From the IMG/VR virus record IMGVR_UViG_3300044946_000428, positions 68,777 through 111,156 of that record: a stretch of 42,380 nucleotides of DNA, one strand, 5' to 3'. Below the pieces are notes generated by a model, which searched no databases, was not told the DNA's origin, and saw only the letters and a list, made by a program, of their open reading frames with translations. The position numbers and the translations under genes are program-made. Shown piece after piece: positions 17,113 through 26,535 of this stretch. The DNA is from a virus. Numbering within the stretch: position 1 is the stretch's first letter; each line of letters opens with the position of its first letter.

Positions 17113-17540
17113 CCGAGCCCCGCCAACACCCCCTCGCCCAGATCGCCCGCGAGTGCGGCCTCACCGTCACCGACGTCCGCAAGGCCCTGATCGCCGAGTC
17201 CTACGAGCACTTCAACGCCGTGAAGCGCGTCATGTCGCGGGCCATCAAGACCAACAAGCTGACCGACGCCGAAGCCGACCTCTCCGACGCTCACAACACG
17301 GCAAGCGCGTACGCGTACCTGCTCGCCGCGCTACTGCGGATCATCGAGGACAGGCACGGCGAGGACGAAGCCCTCGGGATGGCGTGCATGGTCGACGCCG
17401 TTCGCGAGTCCGGGACCGACGTGCTGGAGGACGCGAACCGCGACCTGGACGGGCGGCCCACGCCGACGGCGACCGAAGCGCTCGAGGACGCGAACGACGA
17501 CCTGCCCGAGCCCGTCGCGGCCGAGGCGGTGGCCCAGTGA
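17109..17540 (+). CDS. Hypothetical protein
   Basis: ATGA overlap; GC3 bias. Confidence 0.7.
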   Translation: MTEPRQHPLAQIARECGLTVTDVRKALIAESYEHFNAVKRVMSRAIKTNKLTDAEADLSDAHNTASAYAYLLAALLRIIEDRHGEDEALGMACMVDAVRESGTDVLEDANRDLDGRPTPTATEALEDANDDLPEPVAAEAVAQ

Positions 17541-17782
17541 CCGCCCGCACTATCCCCGATGTCGAAACCTTGCACCAGGCCGCAGCCGAGATCCGCGACG
17601 ACGTGAACGTCGCCACCCGCAGCGTTCGCCCGTTCCTGATCGCCGTCGCCGACTTCCTCCAGGAGTCCGGCGATGACCTTGCCGAGGCCGCTGGGAACTA
17701 CGAGTGGTGCAACGGCAACACCATCCGCGCTGCGCTGATCATCGCGCGGGCCTACCTCGGCGAGGCGGTGTCCGGTGCCTGA
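17537..17782 (+). CDS. Hypothetical protein
   Basis: GTGA overlap; similar to 17963-18178. Confidence 0.65.
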   Translation: MTARTIPDVETLHQAAAEIRDDVNVATRSVRPFLIAVADFLQESGDDLAEAAGNYEWCNGNTIRAALIIARAYLGEAVSGA

Positions 17783-17966
17783 GTCTCCCGCCGCCCTCGA
17801 AGTCGAACTCCGTACCGCCCTGGCCGACGTGATCGGCACGGTGCCCATTGTGTTCGCCGAGACCAACGCTGGCCGGACCCGCTACATCGTCGACATGAGC
17901 GAGACGCAGACGGCCGCGCTGCTCGCGAAGCTGTACCACCGGCCGGGAAGGGCGGGTACGCGATGA
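17775..17966 (+). CDS. Hypothetical protein
   Basis: Coupled small ORF. Confidence 0.6.
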   Translation: MPESPAALEVELRTALADVIGTVPIVFAETNAGRTRYIVDMSETQTAALLAKLYHRPGRAGTR

Positions 17967-18178
17967 CCGAGTCTCCCGCCGCTCTGCTGCGCCGCGCCGC
18001 CGAGAAGATGCAGGCCGATGCCAAGCAGTACCGCCCGGGCGGCCAGGACGAACAGTTGCGGCTCACTGTCGCCGACTGGCTGAACATGGAGATCGCGATG
18101 CTGCCCTACGCCACGGGCGACACGGCCAGCGCGATCCGGATCGCAAGCGCCTACCTCGGGGCGGACGCAGATGCCTGA
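17963..18178 (+). CDS. Hypothetical protein
   Basis: ATGA overlap; SPAALLRRAAEKM...VADWL...AIRIASAYLG. Confidence 0.65.
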   Translation: MTESPAALLRRAAEKMQADAKQYRPGGQDEQLRLTVADWLNMEIAMLPYATGDTASAIRIASAYLGADADA

Positions 18179-18533
18179 GCCCACGATCGACGCTGCGGTC
18201 GAGCAGGTCGTCAAGAACAGCAGCGACCAGGACGCGCTCACCGCAGCCACGCGGGAACTCGCCGGGCTGCTCGGGTTCGACCTCGTGCCCAAGGCGCCAG
18301 CGCAGCTGAACGTCGGCGACCGCGTACGTGCCACCTCCGGCAAGTTCACAGGCGCCGTCGGGACCATCGCCGACATCGACCCCGAATACACCGCCGGGCC
18401 GGTCCTAACGCACCTCGACGCGGGCCAGTGCGGCCGTCCCTACCGGGTGGCGCACGGATTCCAGTTGGAGGAACTGGAGCACGAGAGCCACCCCGCCGAC
18501 GGGCACGACGCCGAGATCGGAGGGCCGGCGTAA
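18171..18533 (+). CDS. KOW/SH3-like motif protein
   Basis: LNVGDRVRATSGKFTGAVGTIADID KOW signature. Confidence 0.65.
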   Translation: MPEPTIDAAVEQVVKNSSDQDALTAATRELAGLLGFDLVPKAPAQLNVGDRVRATSGKFTGAVGTIADIDPEYTAGPVLTHLDAGQCGRPYRVAHGFQLEELEHESHPADGHDAEIGGPA

Positions 18534-18742
18534 TGACCCGCGCCCGGTCCGCCGCGGCGGACACCGACAGCCTCGACTGGTCCCACGCCCCAGTCCGAGA
18601 CCCGCAGCCGTGCGTCCTGTGCGGACGGCCCGCGCTGCTCCGACACCCGAAGACGCTGAGGCCGTGTCACAAGACCTGCAGTGACGCCAAGGCCGCCGCC
18701 GACATCGAGCGCGCATCAGCCGGCTACACGGGAGCCGCCTGA
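18533..18742 (+). CDS. Small zinc-finger protein
   Basis: LDWS...PCVLCGRPALLR...PCHKTC. Confidence 0.65.
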   Translation: MTRARSAAADTDSLDWSHAPVRDPQPCVLCGRPALLRHPKTLRPCHKTCSDAKAAADIERASAGYTGAA

Positions 18743-18826
18743 TGCGGAGGCCGCGAGATAGCCGACCGGCGATAGCGCCGGCACGAGACCCCACTACCCA
18801 CGCACGGCACAGACAGGAACAAGGCA

Positions 18827-19039
18827 TTGGCTATCAGCTTGGGATTGCGCTGGCAGATCCTCGAGCGCGAGGGGTTCCGCTGCTTGCTCTGCAAGGGCGC
18901 CGGCGTGCCGCTGCGCATCCGTTTCCTCAAGCCCGTCGCGTTCGGGGGCTTGGAGGAGGCTGGCAACCTCGGGGCGATCTGCGACATCTGTGGCGGCTTC
19001 GAGGCGGACGTTGTTCCGGCCGTGGGGGCGAAGTCCTGA
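18827..19039 (+). CDS. Degenerate HNH-like zinc-finger protein
   Basis: LRWQILEREGFRCLLC...P...GG...NL...CDIC scaffold; catalytic DH and terminal N/H residues replaced; TTG start with AAGG upstream. Confidence 0.55.
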   Translation: MAISLGLRWQILEREGFRCLLCKGAGVPLRIRFLKPVAFGGLEEAGNLGAICDICGGFEADVVPAVGAKS

Positions 19040-19920
19040 TGGCCGACCGCCGTACCTACGTCCGGATGCACGACGGACTGCCGGACTCGCCGAAGCTGCT
19101 CGGCATCGACGCCGACGGGATGACGATCGCCCTGTGCGGGTGGCTGTATGCATCGGGGATCTTCTATGCGTCCCGGGCGAAGTCTGACGGCCTGATCCCG
19201 GTCTCGAAGGTCTCGACCCTGACGACGATTCCCGAAGCAACCGTTGTAGCACTTGCTAAGCACTTGCTAGACGCTTGCTTGTGGCATGAGCGCGGCCATA
19301 CGTGCACAACATGCTTGCAACCTCCCGCAAGAAACTATGTTGTGCACGACTACCTGGACCACAACCGTAGTCGTATGGAAATCGATGAACTCATCTCGAA
19401 GCGCATTGCGGCCGGTCAGCGCGGTGGCCAGGCGAAGGCCGCGAACCACAATAACGTAGCAAACGGGCTAGCAAGTGCTAGCGGTTTGCTTGTAGCAAAA
19501 GGCTACCCAGATACAGATACAACTACAGATAAGAAGAAGACTTCGTCTTCTTCTGGCGGCACGCGCCGCAACAAGAACGACCGGCCCGTCGCACCCCGCT
19601 TCGACGAGTTCTGGGCCGCCTACCCCCGGCGTGACGACAAGAAGCCCGCCGGCATCGCCTGGACGAAGGCCATCGAAGACGAGGGCGCCGACCCGCAAGC
19701 CCTCATCGACGGCGCCGCCCGCTACGCGAAAGAACGCAAGGGCCAGGACCGGCAGTTCACGAAGCTCGCCGGGACCTGGCTGAACAAGCGGTCCTGGGAG
19801 AACGAGGCGGCCCCGCTGTTCAACGCCAGCGCGAACGGCCACCAGCCCTACCTCGAAGGACCCGAGGGCTACCAGTTCGGCACTGACTTCTTCGACGACG
19901 ACCCCAGGGACATGCGATGA
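19039..19920 (+). CDS. Phage replication initiator / replisome organiser
   Basis: YVRMHDGLPDSPK...SDGLIP...VVHDYLDHN; C-terminal FDEFWAAYPRR..K..A..AW.KA...TWLN..SWE; lies upstream of loader and DnaB. Confidence 0.82.
   Translation: MADRRTYVRMHDGLPDSPKLLGIDADGMTIALCGWLYASGIFYASRAKSDGLIPVSKVSTLTTIPEATVVALAKHLLDACLWHERGHTCTTCLQPPARNYVVHDYLDHNRSRMEIDELISKRIAAGQRGGQAKAANHNNVANGLASASGLLVAKGYPDTDTTTDKKKTSSSSGGTRRNKNDRPVAPRFDEFWAAYPRRDDKKPAGIAWTKAIEDEGADPQALIDGAARYAKERKGQDRQFTKLAGTWLNKRSWENEAAPLFNASANGHQPYLEGPEGYQFGTDFFDDDPRDMR
19245..19545. repeat. Putative replication origin (TAGCA/TGCTA iterons plus A-rich tract) inside the initiator gene
   Basis: GTAGCACTTGCTAAGCACTTGCTAG cluster; GTAGCAAACGGGCTAGCAAGTGCTAGCGGTTTGCTTGTAGCAAAA cluster; then CAGATA repeats; sharp GC drop. 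Confidence 0.7.
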
Positions 19921-20618
19921 CCGACACGAACACCGGGCCCGTCTCGGTCGGCGACCTGCTGGCCACCAACGGCTCCCGTCTCGCCGCCGCCCGTCAGGCG
20001 CTCGACGCCGGGCTGATCGAGATCGAGCCCGACGAGGACCGGCTCACCCCCGAACAGGCCGCAGCCGCCAACCGGGCCCGGGCCCTCGAATGGCACCAGG
20101 CGCACACTCCGCCGCTGTTCGCCAAGGCACGGGCCAGCCACCCGCACGTGATCGAGTGGGCGCGCCGGTACGTCACCAGGACGCTCGGGCCCCGCCACTC
20201 GCTGCTGCTGCTCGGCGGCGTGGGAGCGGGCAAGACCCACCAGTCGTTCGGCGCGCTGCACGCCATCGCCGACTCCGGGCACCCGCCCGTCGCCTGGTAC
20301 GCGACGACGGCCGCGGACCTGTACGCGCTGATGCGCCCGGGCGGCTCGGACGACGCCGAGGGCGAGTTCGGGCGCATGGCCGACGCGGACCTGCTGCTGC
20401 TCGACGACCTCGGCGCGAGCAAGGACACGATCTTCGTGGAGGACACGACCCTGCGGCTGATCAACCGCCGCTACGTCAACCAACTCCCCACGATCATCAC
20501 GGCGAACGTGCCGCCGAAAGACCTGCGCGCCAAGCTCGGCGACCGCACCGCGTCCCGGTTCGCCGAGATCTGCATCGCTGTCGAGATGGCCGACGCGGAC
20601 CACCGGAGGGCTCGATGA
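19917..20618 (+). CDS. DnaC/IstB-like AAA+ helicase loader
   Basis: Walker A GGVGAGKT; Walker B LLLLDDLGA; LINRRY...PTIITAN...GDRTASRF. Confidence 0.92.
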   Translation: MTDTNTGPVSVGDLLATNGSRLAAARQALDAGLIEIEPDEDRLTPEQAAAANRARALEWHQAHTPPLFAKARASHPHVIEWARRYVTRTLGPRHSLLLLGGVGAGKTHQSFGALHAIADSGHPPVAWYATTAADLYALMRPGGSDDAEGEFGRMADADLLLLDDLGASKDTIFVEDTTLRLINRRYVNQLPTIITANVPPKDLRAKLGDRTASRFAEICIAVEMADADHRRAR

Positions 20619-22039
20619 CCGCCCTCTACGACGCCCCGCCCGTCGAGGTCTACGCCGACGCGTACAGCGAGCCGCACGAGCAATCCGGCGCGCGATGGGA
20701 CCTCATGGCCGAGCGGTACACCCTCGGCGCGATGATCGTCGCCCCGGCCGACGGCCAGATCTTCGACGACATCGTCCGGGTCGTGAAGCCCGAGATGCTC
20801 TACCGCCCGGCGCACCAGGAGATCGCCCGCGAGATCATCGCGATGCGCGAGGAACGCCAGCCCGTCGACCCGGCGTCGCTCACCGCGCGGTTCATGGCGT
20901 CGCGCCGGCTGACGGCGATCGGCAACGCCGGCTACCTGATGGACCTGGTCACGGACTGCCCGGGCGCCATCCACGGCCCGCACCACGCCGAGGCCGTGCG
21001 CGACTTCTGGCTGATGCGGCTCATGGAGTCCGTCGGCGTCCGGATGGCGCAGATGGGCCGCAGCCCCGCCACCGACCGGGACCTGATCCCCGAGCTCTAC
21101 GACACCGCGATCAGGGAACTCGAGACCGCCCGCAACCAGGTCCCCGGCAACACGCGGACGTACAGCGGCGACCTGCTGGCGCACGCGATGGACCTCATCG
21201 AGAACCCCGAGCAGATCGTCGCGATCCCCACCGGCTACCGCGACCTCGACGACGGGATCTACATGGGCCACCGGCCCGGCGACCTGATCATCATCGGGGC
21301 CAGGCCGTCGACCGGGAAGACCCTCGTCGGACTCGACCTCGCCCGACACGCCGCGATCAAGCGGGGCGTCCCCACGCTGTTCGCGTCCATCGAGATGAGC
21401 ACCCAGGCCATCATGAACCGGCTCATCGCCGCCGAAGCCCGGGTCAACCTCAACCGCATCCGGACCGGCGCGTGCACCGACGAGGACTGGGCGCGCATCG
21501 CCGCCCGCGTCCAGGACATCACCGACGCGCCCCTGTGCATCGACCACACGCCCAACATGACGATCGCCGAACTCGACCAGGCCGCCCGCGACGTCCAGCG
21601 CGAGCGCGGACTCGGCCTGATCGTCATCGACTACCTGCAGAAGATGACCCCGCCCAAGGCCGACACCGAGCACGCGGCGATCGGCCGGCTCGCCGAGCGC
21701 GTCAAGGACCTCGGCGAGAAGTACGACGTGCCGGTCATCGCGCTCGCCCAGCTCAACCGGGGCCCGGAGCAGCGGCGTGACCGCAAGCCGCTGCCGTCGG
21801 ATCTGGGCGGCTCCAACAAGATCGAGGCGCACGCCGACACGATCATGCTGCTGCACCGGGAAGCGCAGTTCGACAGGGAGTCCAAGCGTGCCGGCGAGAT
21901 CGACATCCTGCTGTGCAAGCAGCGCGACGGGGCTACGGGCGAGGTGACGCTCTCGTTCCAGGGCCACTACTCCCGCTGTCAGTCCATGGCTACCGAGTGG
22001 GCGCCCGGCGGTGTGCTCGCCGACGGCGTGCGCCACTGA
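20615..22039 (+). CDS. dnaB: Replicative DNA helicase
   Basis: IPTGYRDLD, GDLIIIGARPSTGKT, SIEMS, IVIDYLQ, ALAQLNR, KQRDG. Confidence 0.95.
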   Translation: MTALYDAPPVEVYADAYSEPHEQSGARWDLMAERYTLGAMIVAPADGQIFDDIVRVVKPEMLYRPAHQEIAREIIAMREERQPVDPASLTARFMASRRLTAIGNAGYLMDLVTDCPGAIHGPHHAEAVRDFWLMRLMESVGVRMAQMGRSPATDRDLIPELYDTAIRELETARNQVPGNTRTYSGDLLAHAMDLIENPEQIVAIPTGYRDLDDGIYMGHRPGDLIIIGARPSTGKTLVGLDLARHAAIKRGVPTLFASIEMSTQAIMNRLIAAEARVNLNRIRTGACTDEDWARIAARVQDITDAPLCIDHTPNMTIAELDQAARDVQRERGLGLIVIDYLQKMTPPKADTEHAAIGRLAERVKDLGEKYDVPVIALAQLNRGPEQRRDRKPLPSDLGGSNKIEAHADTIMLLHREAQFDRESKRAGEIDILLCKQRDGATGEVTLSFQGHYSRCQSMATEWAPGGVLADGVRH

Positions 22040-22112
22040 CTCGAGCAAGTGCCCGCCGACCTCGGCAACCGCAGCATCTAATCCACAGCCTATTGATATC
22101 GAAGGAGTTCCG

Positions 22113-22574
22113 ATGCCTGGTCAGAGCAATTCGAGGCCCGGTCTGTTGCGGCGCGTGTTCAGGCGCCGCGCCGATTCGGCCGGCCTGCCGCGGGTCGAGG
22201 CGGTGCCGCTGCCGGTGCCGTGCCCGTGCGGCGAGGAGCACGAGGTGCCGCCGGTGGTCGCGGCGGTCATCGCCTCGGCGCGCAGGGCCGCGTTCCCCGG
22301 CGCGGAGGTGGCCGGCCGGGAGTGGGTGGTGGCGTTCGCGGACGCGGTGAAAACCGGCGACGTGATCAACATTCCGCGCAGCGAGGTCGCGGGGTTCGCG
22401 CTGCGGGTCCTGGAGGTGCGGGTGCACGAGGAGGCGGAGGCGGTGACGTTCCTCGCGGTGGACGTCGCGGACGCGTCGGTGCCGTTCTCGCCGTCGCTGT
22501 CGGTGCACACGGGTGTGCGGATCGCGGTGTCGGCGCCGGACTCGCTCGCGGATCTGGCCGGGGGTGCGTCGTGA
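22113..22574 (+). CDS. Hypothetical protein
   Basis: GAAGGAG RBS; GC3 bias. Confidence 0.7.
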   Translation: MPGQSNSRPGLLRRVFRRRADSAGLPRVEAVPLPVPCPCGEEHEVPPVVAAVIASARRAAFPGAEVAGREWVVAFADAVKTGDVINIPRSEVAGFALRVLEVRVHEEAEAVTFLAVDVADASVPFSPSLSVHTGVRIAVSAPDSLADLAGGAS

Positions 22575-23173
22575 CTGCCACTGGAACCCTGGAAGCCCTA
22601 CGAGCCCCGCTGAGGCCCTCGGGGGCGTTCCGCGACGCACGACCGGCAGTCAGCCCCGCGCGCCCGCTGGTGGCCCCCGCGCGCCCCGGGATGCGCCCGC
22701 CACGGCCCGAGGCCGCCACGCGGATCGCACCCGCACCGTCCCGGCCGCTTCCGTCGGCCGCCCAACTACGGGTTCTCGACCACCTCGCCGATGGCTACAC
22801 GCGGGCCCAGACGGCTGCCCGGTTGTACATCTCACCGAACACGGTCATGGCGCACCTGTCCCGGGCCGGCCGGAAGATCGGATGCCCGACGCAGTCCGGG
22901 ATGGTCGGCTACGCGTACCGCAACGGCCTGTTCCGCCGCAGCGCCGGTCCCGCCGTGAGGTTGACGGCGCGTCGCACGCAGGTCGTGTGGTTGGTTGCGA
23001 ACGGCGCGTCGAACCAGGCGATCGCCGACGAACTGGCGGTGGACATCGAGACGGTCAAGACGCATGTGCGGCTCGCGATGCGGGACCTGGGTGCGAAGTC
23101 GAGGCCGAACCTGGTGCGGCGTGCGGTGGACGCGGGTGCGCTGCCGCCGGCGTGGTGGGGCGGTGCGGCGTGA
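22571..23173 (+). CDS. LuxR-type HTH protein (two HTH domains)
   Basis: LADGYTRAQTAARLYISPNTVMAHL and VANGASNQAIADELAVDIETVKTHV. Confidence 0.88.
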   Translation: MTATGTLEALRAPLRPSGAFRDARPAVSPARPLVAPARPGMRPPRPEAATRIAPAPSRPLPSAAQLRVLDHLADGYTRAQTAARLYISPNTVMAHLSRAGRKIGCPTQSGMVGYAYRNGLFRRSAGPAVRLTARRTQVVWLVANGASNQAIADELAVDIETVKTHVRLAMRDLGAKSRPNLVRRAVDAGALPPAWWGGAA

Positions 23174-23880
23174 CCGCCCGCACGTCCACGCCGAAGCCGG
23201 ACCCGCTCGGCTCGCTCACGCCCCGCCAGCTCGAGGTGCTCGACCTGGCCGCCGACGGGCTGACGAACGCGGAGATCGGCGCGAGGCTCGGGATCTCCGC
23301 GCTGACGGTGAAGCAGACGCTCACGGGCGCCGCGAAGCGCCTGGGCACGGGCAGCCGGGCCGGGATGGTCGGGGTGGCCTACCGGTGGGGGCTGCTGGCG
23401 CCGGTACCGCTGCCCGCGGGGGTCAGGCTGCCGGATGTGCCCGTCGGGGCGTGGGCGGTACTGCCGTTGATCGCGCGGGGCCTGGAGTCCAAGGACATCG
23501 CGAAAGAACTCGGGGTCACGTCGGCCTCGGCCGAGAAGCGGGCCAAGGTGCTGATGGCCGAGTTCGGGGTGGGTTCGCGGGCGCACCTGGTGCGAGTGGC
23601 GGTGGATGCGGGCGCGTTGACGCCGTCGGGGTCGCTCGCGCCGGGTACGGCCCGGTCGCAGGACGTGCTGCCGCCGCGTAACGCGCAGGCGCTCGCGATG
23701 GTCGCGCAGGGGATGTCGGATGCGGCGGTGGGCCGGGTCCTGGGCGTTTCGGAGCAGTCTGCGGGCAATCTCGTGCGGGGCGCGGTGGTGAAGCTGCGGG
23801 CCGCGAACCGGGCCCATGCGGTGTTTATCGCGTGCGGGCTGGGGCTGCTGCGCGCGGAGCGGTCGGGGGGCCGGTCGTGA
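23170..23880 (+). CDS. LuxR-type HTH protein (three HTH domains)
   Basis: LTPRQLEVLDLAADGLTNAEIG; IARGLESKDIAKELGVT; VAQGMSDAAVGRVLGVS. Confidence 0.88.
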   Translation: MTARTSTPKPDPLGSLTPRQLEVLDLAADGLTNAEIGARLGISALTVKQTLTGAAKRLGTGSRAGMVGVAYRWGLLAPVPLPAGVRLPDVPVGAWAVLPLIARGLESKDIAKELGVTSASAEKRAKVLMAEFGVGSRAHLVRVAVDAGALTPSGSLAPGTARSQDVLPPRNAQALAMVAQGMSDAAVGRVLGVSEQSAGNLVRGAVVKLRAANRAHAVFIACGLGLLRAERSGGRS

Positions 23881-24344
23881 AGACGGCGAACCCGGAGCTG
23901 TCGGAGCGTGAGGTGGGTGTGCTGCGGCTGGTTGCGCGCGGGCTGTCGAACGGCAAGATCGGGGCGCGGCTGGGGCTGGCGGAGACCACGGTCAAGACAC
24001 ACGTGCGTCGGATCTTGAAGAAGCTCGGCGTGTCGGACCGGACGCACGCGGTGGCGCTCGGGTACGAGACGGGGCTTCTCGCGTCGCCCGCGGTGGCCGC
24101 GATCAGGGCGGCGCGTCCGCTGCTACTCGGGATCCCGCAGTGCCGGCGCCACCCGGTGGCCGCGCCGCTTCCCGTCCAGTGCCCGGAGTGCGCGCGGTGG
24201 ACGGCGGCCCGCCAGGTCGTGGCGGATCTCGACGCGGCGCTCGCCGGTGTCGCCCCGGCCGGCCGCGCGACGCCGGTTCCCGTTCGCCCGCCCGCCCCGT
24301 CGCGGGCCGCGAACCCCGATTCGAACCCGAGGAGTTCCCCTTGA
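23877..24344 (+). CDS. LuxR-type HTH protein with C-terminal Cys motif
   Basis: LSEREVGVLRLVARGLSNGKIGARLGLAETTVKTHVRRILKKLGVSDRTHAV; CRRH...CPEC. Confidence 0.88.
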   Translation: MKTANPELSEREVGVLRLVARGLSNGKIGARLGLAETTVKTHVRRILKKLGVSDRTHAVALGYETGLLASPAVAAIRAARPLLLGIPQCRRHPVAAPLPVQCPECARWTAARQVVADLDAALAGVAPAGRATPVPVRPPAPSRAANPDSNPRSSP

Positions 24345-24691
24345 GCACGACCACTGAGGCCGTCCCGCCGGCGGCGATGAATCGCAAGACCCTGGCCGAC
24401 CGCCTCGCCTACCTGCTGGCGGAGTTCAGGAAGGTCGCGGAGTCCGGCGTCGTGACGCCGCTGCTCGCGCAGGTGGCGGCGCAGCACCTGGAGCGCGCGG
24501 TGGCCGAGGCCGCCGTGCTGGTAGCCGAGGTCGAGATCCTGCGCGCGCAGGCCGCGGACCGCGAGCGGGCCCGGGGCGCGTTGCAGCAGATGGACCGGGA
24601 CCTGACCGCCATCGCCGCTGCCGCGCCGGGGCAGTCCGCGCAGTGGGCCGTCGGCCGGATGCGGGCCGCGCTGAACCGGGTCGCCGCGTGA
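24341..24691 (+). CDS. Hypothetical protein
   Basis: GAGGAG RBS; TTGA overlap. Confidence 0.65.
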   Translation: MSTTTEAVPPAAMNRKTLADRLAYLLAEFRKVAESGVVTPLLAQVAAQHLERAVAEAAVLVAEVEILRAQAADRERARGALQQMDRDLTAIAAAAPGQSAQWAVGRMRAALNRVAA

Positions 24692-24840
24692 TCCGCCGTC
24701 TGCTGGCCCGCGCCCGGTGCGCGGTGACGACGCACGTCTGGCCGGCGTGGGACCCGTGGAAGTTCACGGTCCGGGCCCGGCATGTGCATCGGCGTCGCTG
24801 TGTGCGGTGCGGCGCGCGGGGGGTGGCCGTCGATGGCTGA
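24688..24840 (+). CDS. Small Cys/His protein
   Basis: Coupled ORF; C...H.W...RRCVRCG. Confidence 0.5.
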   Translation: MIRRLLARARCAVTTHVWPAWDPWKFTVRARHVHRRRCVRCGARGVAVDG

Positions 24841-25015
24841 GCTCACCGACGCCGCGCTGGTCGCCGAATTCCCTGACGTCATCGCCGCCCTGGGTGACGC
24901 GGCTGCCGAGCTTCACGCCGCGATCGACCCGGCGGACGGCGGCCGGATCTGGTCGCTCGTCCTGGCCGGCCAATCCTCCGTCCCTCTTCGGCCCCGATCG
25001 GAGCCTTCATCGTGA
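24833..25015 (+). CDS. Hypothetical protein
   Basis: Coupled small ORF. Confidence 0.5.
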   Translation: MAELTDAALVAEFPDVIAALGDAAAELHAAIDPADGGRIWSLVLAGQSSVPLRPRSEPSS

Positions 25016-25509
25016 TCAGCCCTCAGGTTCCGGACGACCGGATCATCGCGTCGCAGATGCTCGACCGCGATCGCGTGGCCGACACGATCCAGCGCGGCGT
25101 CCGGCTCGAGATCGACCCGGTGTACGCGAAGGCCGCACTGCGCGGGATGCCCGTCGAGCTCACGACGCAGCAGGCCTTGGATGTCGCAGACGTCGCGCTC
25201 GAGGCGCTCGCCAAGACGCAGCCGGGCGCGAAGTCCTGGCTGATCGACGCGAACAAGGGACTGCGGGAGCGCGGCCATGCCGACACCCTCCACTGGAAGG
25301 CGCTGCTCGCCCGGCAGCGGCGCACGACGGACACCTGGCGCGCCGCCGCGGTCAACGGCTGGGTATGGATGATCGCGTGGGGCGGCTTGTGGCAGTGGCA
25401 CTGGTCGCGGTGGATCGTCGCGTCGGTTTTGGTGTCGGGGATGGCCGTGGGGTTCGGGCTGCGTTCGTGGCTGCTGCGCCGCGACCAGCGGAAGGCGGCC
25501 GGGCGGTGA
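25012..25509 (+). CDS. Hypothetical membrane protein
   Basis: Two C-terminal Trp-rich hydrophobic helices. Confidence 0.65.
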   Translation: MISPQVPDDRIIASQMLDRDRVADTIQRGVRLEIDPVYAKAALRGMPVELTTQQALDVADVALEALAKTQPGAKSWLIDANKGLRERGHADTLHWKALLARQRRTTDTWRAAAVNGWVWMIAWGGLWQWHWSRWIVASVLVSGMAVGFGLRSWLLRRDQRKAAGR

Positions 25510-25877
25510 CCGCCCGCATTCTCGTGACCGGCAGCCGCGCCTGGACCGACTACGACGTGATCCGGGACGCGATCGAGAAGGCCGCGGCCGATCTCGGCGG
25601 GGACGCGGTTGTCGTGCACGGCAACGCGCAGGGTGCGGACCGGCTCGCTGACCGTGCTGCCCGCGCGCTCGGTTTGCGGACGGAGCCGCGCTCTGCACGG
25701 TGGCGGACCGAGGGGCGCGCGGCCGGGCCGCTCCGCAATCAGCGGATGGTCGACCTCGGCGCGGACGTCTGCCTGGCGTTCCCGCTCGGCGAGTCCCGTG
25801 GTACCCGTGACGCGATCACGCGTGCTGAGGCCGCTGGAATCCCGGTCCGCGTGTATGGGCGGGACGGTGCCGCGTGA
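25506..25877 (+). CDS. DUF2493/YspA-like SLOG-family protein
   Basis: RILVTGSRAWTD...VVHGNAQGADRLA...W...GRAAGPLRNQRMV..GAD..LAFP...SRGT. Confidence 0.88.
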   Translation: MTARILVTGSRAWTDYDVIRDAIEKAAADLGGDAVVVHGNAQGADRLADRAARALGLRTEPRSARWRTEGRAAGPLRNQRMVDLGADVCLAFPLGESRGTRDAITRAEAAGIPVRVYGRDGAA

Positions 25878-26077
25878 GCATCCCCGATTTCTGCCTCGCG
25901 TGCGGCCGTCGCCTCGCCGGCCAGGACCCGTACGTGGCCGACCGCAACCGGGCCCGGCATGCGGCACCTGACCGGCCGCGCGTGTACCCGGCTGTCGTGG
26001 CCGGCGTCCTGTGGTGGGCCGCGGTCGTGGTCGTCGCGGCCGGGTTGGTTGCTGCTGCCGCGTGGGCGGTGGGCTGA
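25874..26077 (+). CDS. Small membrane protein
   Basis: CxxC plus C-terminal TM helix. Confidence 0.5.
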   Translation: MSIPDFCLACGRRLAGQDPYVADRNRARHAAPDRPRVYPAVVAGVLWWAAVVVVAAGLVAAAAWAVG

Positions 26078-26406
26078 TGCCGCGCCGCGCCCTGGAGCCG
26101 CCGTGCCCGAACGAGGCCTCCCATACCGACGTCCGTGGACACGACGAAGCGGCGCGCATGTGGCGAACCCACGAGCAGTCACAGTGCCCGGACTGCAAGC
26201 TGTACGTGATCTGGACGCCGCTGCCCGCCGGGTCGCCCGCAATCTGCTGGTCGTGCAACGAACGCAACGTCGACCCGGCAACGCTCGGCGAGGACGACGG
26301 CATCCCGGACGAGCCGCTGTGCACGGACTGCATCGCGAAGGAAGCGGCGTGGCTCGCGGCGCAGCGGCAGGCCCGGCTCGACGCACGCTGGAACGAGGCG
26401 ACGTGA
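26077..26406 (+). CDS. Cys-rich hypothetical protein
   Basis: CPDC, CWSC and CTDC motifs. Confidence 0.65.
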   Translation: MPRRALEPPCPNEASHTDVRGHDEAARMWRTHEQSQCPDCKLYVIWTPLPAGSPAICWSCNERNVDPATLGEDDGIPDEPLCTDCIAKEAAWLAAQRQARLDARWNEAT

Positions 26407-26535
26407 CCCGCCGCCGGAGGACGTCGTTCGGGCTGCGCTGCTGGCAGGGCATTGCCGCGCCCGCAGCGCTTGCGGCAGTCGCGATCGGGCTGCACTGGCT
26501 CGCCACGCTCGTCGTGCGGGGGTGGTGACGTGGGG

